From Hydrurus foetidus (taxonomy: Eukaryota), in contig UYFQ01000163.1 of assembly GCA_900617105.1 (NCBI GenBank), positions 62,001-112,421 on the forward strand: a DNA stretch of 50,421 nucleotides, in the 5' to 3' direction. The position numbers were made by a program, and so were the translations under genes. This document shows, piece by piece, positions 48,444-50,421 of this stretch. The notes below the pieces were generated by a model. The model had not been told where the DNA came from. It worked only from the letters and a program-made list of their open reading frames with translations, and searched no databases. How positions within the stretch are numbered: the stretch's first letter is position 1; each line of letters begins with the position of its first letter.

Positions 48444-50421
48444 ATGCCTCCCAAACGCGCGGTTGAAGCTTTGAAAAGCACTGAGGAGTGCATCCTTCAA
48501 TATGGCAAATTCAACAACACTATAAAGTGGAGAGAGAGTATGCAGACTATAGTCACAGAACTATACGGCATAGTCGGTATGTTCTTCACGACTGATGTGA
48601 GATACGAACTACCAAGGACAATCCTCCACTACCCAGATGCATCGTCGTCAGAAGATTCGACGTCCGAATCTAAGCATGACGCCCTAGCGGACGAAGATGA
48701 GGAACCCGCAGCCGAACCTACAGCTGCCGAGACAGTAGCAACCCTAGCATACGCCGCGGGGAAACCGGCAAGAGCCGCCGCGAGGGAGGTTCGAAACGGA
48801 AGACGCCGAAAAGCGGCAGAACGCTCACGAGCGAAATATAGAGAAGAGGACTACATCCAGAGGCAGAGAGACCTCAAAGCCCAGAAGGAGAACGAACGTA
48901 CCGTTTACCCGATGATGTGGAAGAGGATGTCGCCTAGCTCACAGAACAGAGTGAAAGAAGAAGAGGAATTCAGAACAGCGTACATGACGCTGGACTGCGT
49001 ACTACTGTGGACACTCATTCGAAAGACACACCTTACCCACATGTACGGTGACTCAGACCCGATGAAAGAAGTTAACAGGCACGAACAAGAGAGTAAGTAC
49101 GGTGCGATGAAACAAGGTGAGAGAGAGCTCATTAACACCTTTAAAGCAAGATTCGACGAGCAGGTGCTAGCCAACGACGCAGTCGGAGCCGCCAAGGTCA
49201 CTGAGGCAAGGCGCGCACTAGACTTCCTCGGAAAGCTAGATCCCAAGCGCTACCGCAGAATGACTCAAGACATGAACAACGACGCCGTGAGACACAAGGC
49301 CGACGCCTACCCCACCACACTCGCAAGGGCATACGGCATAGCCTCACGTTATCAAGGGATTGACGGTGGATCACTGAAGGAGCCGTTACAGACACCCTCA
49401 GGGGCAGCACTCGTAACCGAAGAAGTCCACGTCACCCTGACCAAAGACACCGAGAAGGTAGCCGGGAAAACCGGAGGGACCAAGAAGAAGTCGCTGACCG
49501 AAGCGGAGTGTTATGCCTGCGAAGAAAAAGGCCACTACGCAAGAAATTGTCCCAACAGAAAGTCGAAAGGAGAGAAAGTCCACGTGTCGAAGGCTGAACC
49601 TGACGACGACGGCGGCGAAGGGGAGTGGGGTATTGCCCTGGTAACATCAAGTGAAAGATGCATGTTCACACAATACGATGTCCTGCTCGACAATGAAGCC
49701 TCACTAAACATTTTCCACAACAAGAATCTACTCACTGGACTACGCAAGGCAGAACATTCAATCAAAGTCAGCGGCATTCAAGTAGGAGAAGGAATCACAG
49801 TGGACAGTGAAGGAGAGTTCGGAGAATTCGGGACTGTATTCTACAGCGATGATGCATCCGCCAATGTCCTATCGTTCGCATCTCAGGTGGACGCAGGGGC
49901 GACCATCCGCTACGATCACGAGGACGACGTCTTCACGTTACAGCCGATAGACAGCAGGAACGTCTACAAGTTCGGTCGTAAAACCATACCTGGTAGCGGT
50001 GGAAGATTCTACTCCTGCGACTGGAGGACGGTAGAAGCGGAGATGGCAATGGTGACCACAGTGAATCAGAACCTAAAAGCCTTCACGAAGAGGGAAATCG
50101 ACTGTGCGAGATCAGCAAGAGAGCTAATGGGCAGGATGGGATTCCCTACCGTAGGGACAGCGATGTCGATTGTGAACTCTGGGAGCAATTTTGACACCTC
50201 ATCGAGGGACTTCGAGATCGCAGAAGCCATCTGGGGAAAGGACATGGCCTCTATCAAAGGGAAGACTACGAAACACGCTACTCCTACTGCTGATATCTCG
50301 GTCAAAGCGAAAACAGTCCAAAAGGATCAGGTGTTAGCGATCGATATTATGTTTATTGACAAAATCGCTATTCTAATCGGTCTAACGACTCCTCTAGGAC
50401 TAACTATAGCATATAGTCTAA
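48444..50421 (+). CDS. Copia gag-pol polyprotein (partial, open to window end)
   Basis: Absent from the ORF track because it has no stop. My translation from ATG 48444 (MPPKRAVEALKS...) stays open for 659 codons: KQGERE gag motif, CYACEEKGHYARNC knuckle (49509-49550), VLLDNEASLNIFHNKNLL protease (Asp 49689), FTKREI..AREL...G.P, IWGKDMASIKGKT, and LAIDIMFID (first integrase Asp). Confidence 0.92.
   Translation, partial: MPPKRAVEALKSTEECILQYGKFNNTIKWRESMQTIVTELYGIVGMFFTTDVRYELPRTILHYPDASSSEDSTSESKHDALADEDEEPAAEPTAAETVATLAYAAGKPARAAAREVRNGRRRKAAERSRAKYREEDYIQRQRDLKAQKENERTVYPMMWKRMSPSSQNRVKEEEEFRTAYMTLDCVLLWTLIRKTHLTHMYGDSDPMKEVNRHEQESKYGAMKQGERELINTFKARFDEQVLANDAVGAAKVTEARRALDFLGKLDPKRYRRMTQDMNNDAVRHKADAYPTTLARAYGIASRYQGIDGGSLKEPLQTPSGAALVTEEVHVTLTKDTEKVAGKTGGTKKKSLTEAECYACEEKGHYARNCPNRKSKGEKVHVSKAEPDDDGGEGEWGIALVTSSERCMFTQYDVLLDNEASLNIFHNKNLLTGLRKAEHSIKVSGIQVGEGITVDSEGEFGEFGTVFYSDDASANVLSFASQVDAGATIRYDHEDDVFTLQPIDSRNVYKFGRKTIPGSGGRFYSCDWRTVEAEMAMVTTVNQNLKAFTKREIDCARSARELMGRMGFPTVGTAMSIVNSGSNFDTSSRDFEIAEAIWGKDMASIKGKTTKHATPTADISVKAKTVQKDQVLAIDIMFIDKIAILIGLTTPLGLTIAYSL

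Larger units (their letters stand above)
48077..50421 (+). mobile_element. Ty1/Copia LTR retrotransposon, CoDi-like (5' part; truncated by window end)
   Basis: Candidate 5' LTR followed by an uninterrupted gag-pol ORF with zinc knuckle, protease and integrase in Copia order. Confidence 0.9.

Noticed and set aside
48303..50305. Short minus-strand ORFs over the retroelement, and many short antisense ORFs over SMC2, the helicase and the zinc-finger gene
   Set aside because: They overlap well-supported genes on the opposite strand or frame and show no domain features.

Overview
Eukaryotic nuclear DNA with short GT-AG introns. PTxxPT-type repeats and a CoDi-like Copia element suggest a stramenopile/ochrophyte (inference). 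The left 23 kb is gene-dense: a coiled-coil protein, an adrenodoxin-like ferredoxin with an unusual insert, a GT61 glycosyltransferase, a zf-4CXXC_R1-like zinc-finger protein, SMC2, a DDX21-like helicase, a small basic protein and a divergent neuferricin-like protein. A small TA-flanked MITE-like element also lies here. The dominant feature is one minus-strand gene (about 47754 to 23537) that I assembled by hand through canonical splice sites. It encodes a Cys-rich module and an ALK/LTK-like glycine-rich head on 9 small exons, then a single ~21.8 kb exon of three nested Pro/Ser/Thr tandem arrays (48, 120 and 93 bp units), a TM helix and a short tail. The predicted product is a ~7,600-aa type-I membrane mucin-like adhesin/receptor. 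A few frame-breaking lesions in the arrays look like assembly errors, so the true array length is uncertain. An apparently intact Ty1/Copia LTR retrotransposon begins ~320 bp upstream of the giant gene and runs off the window.
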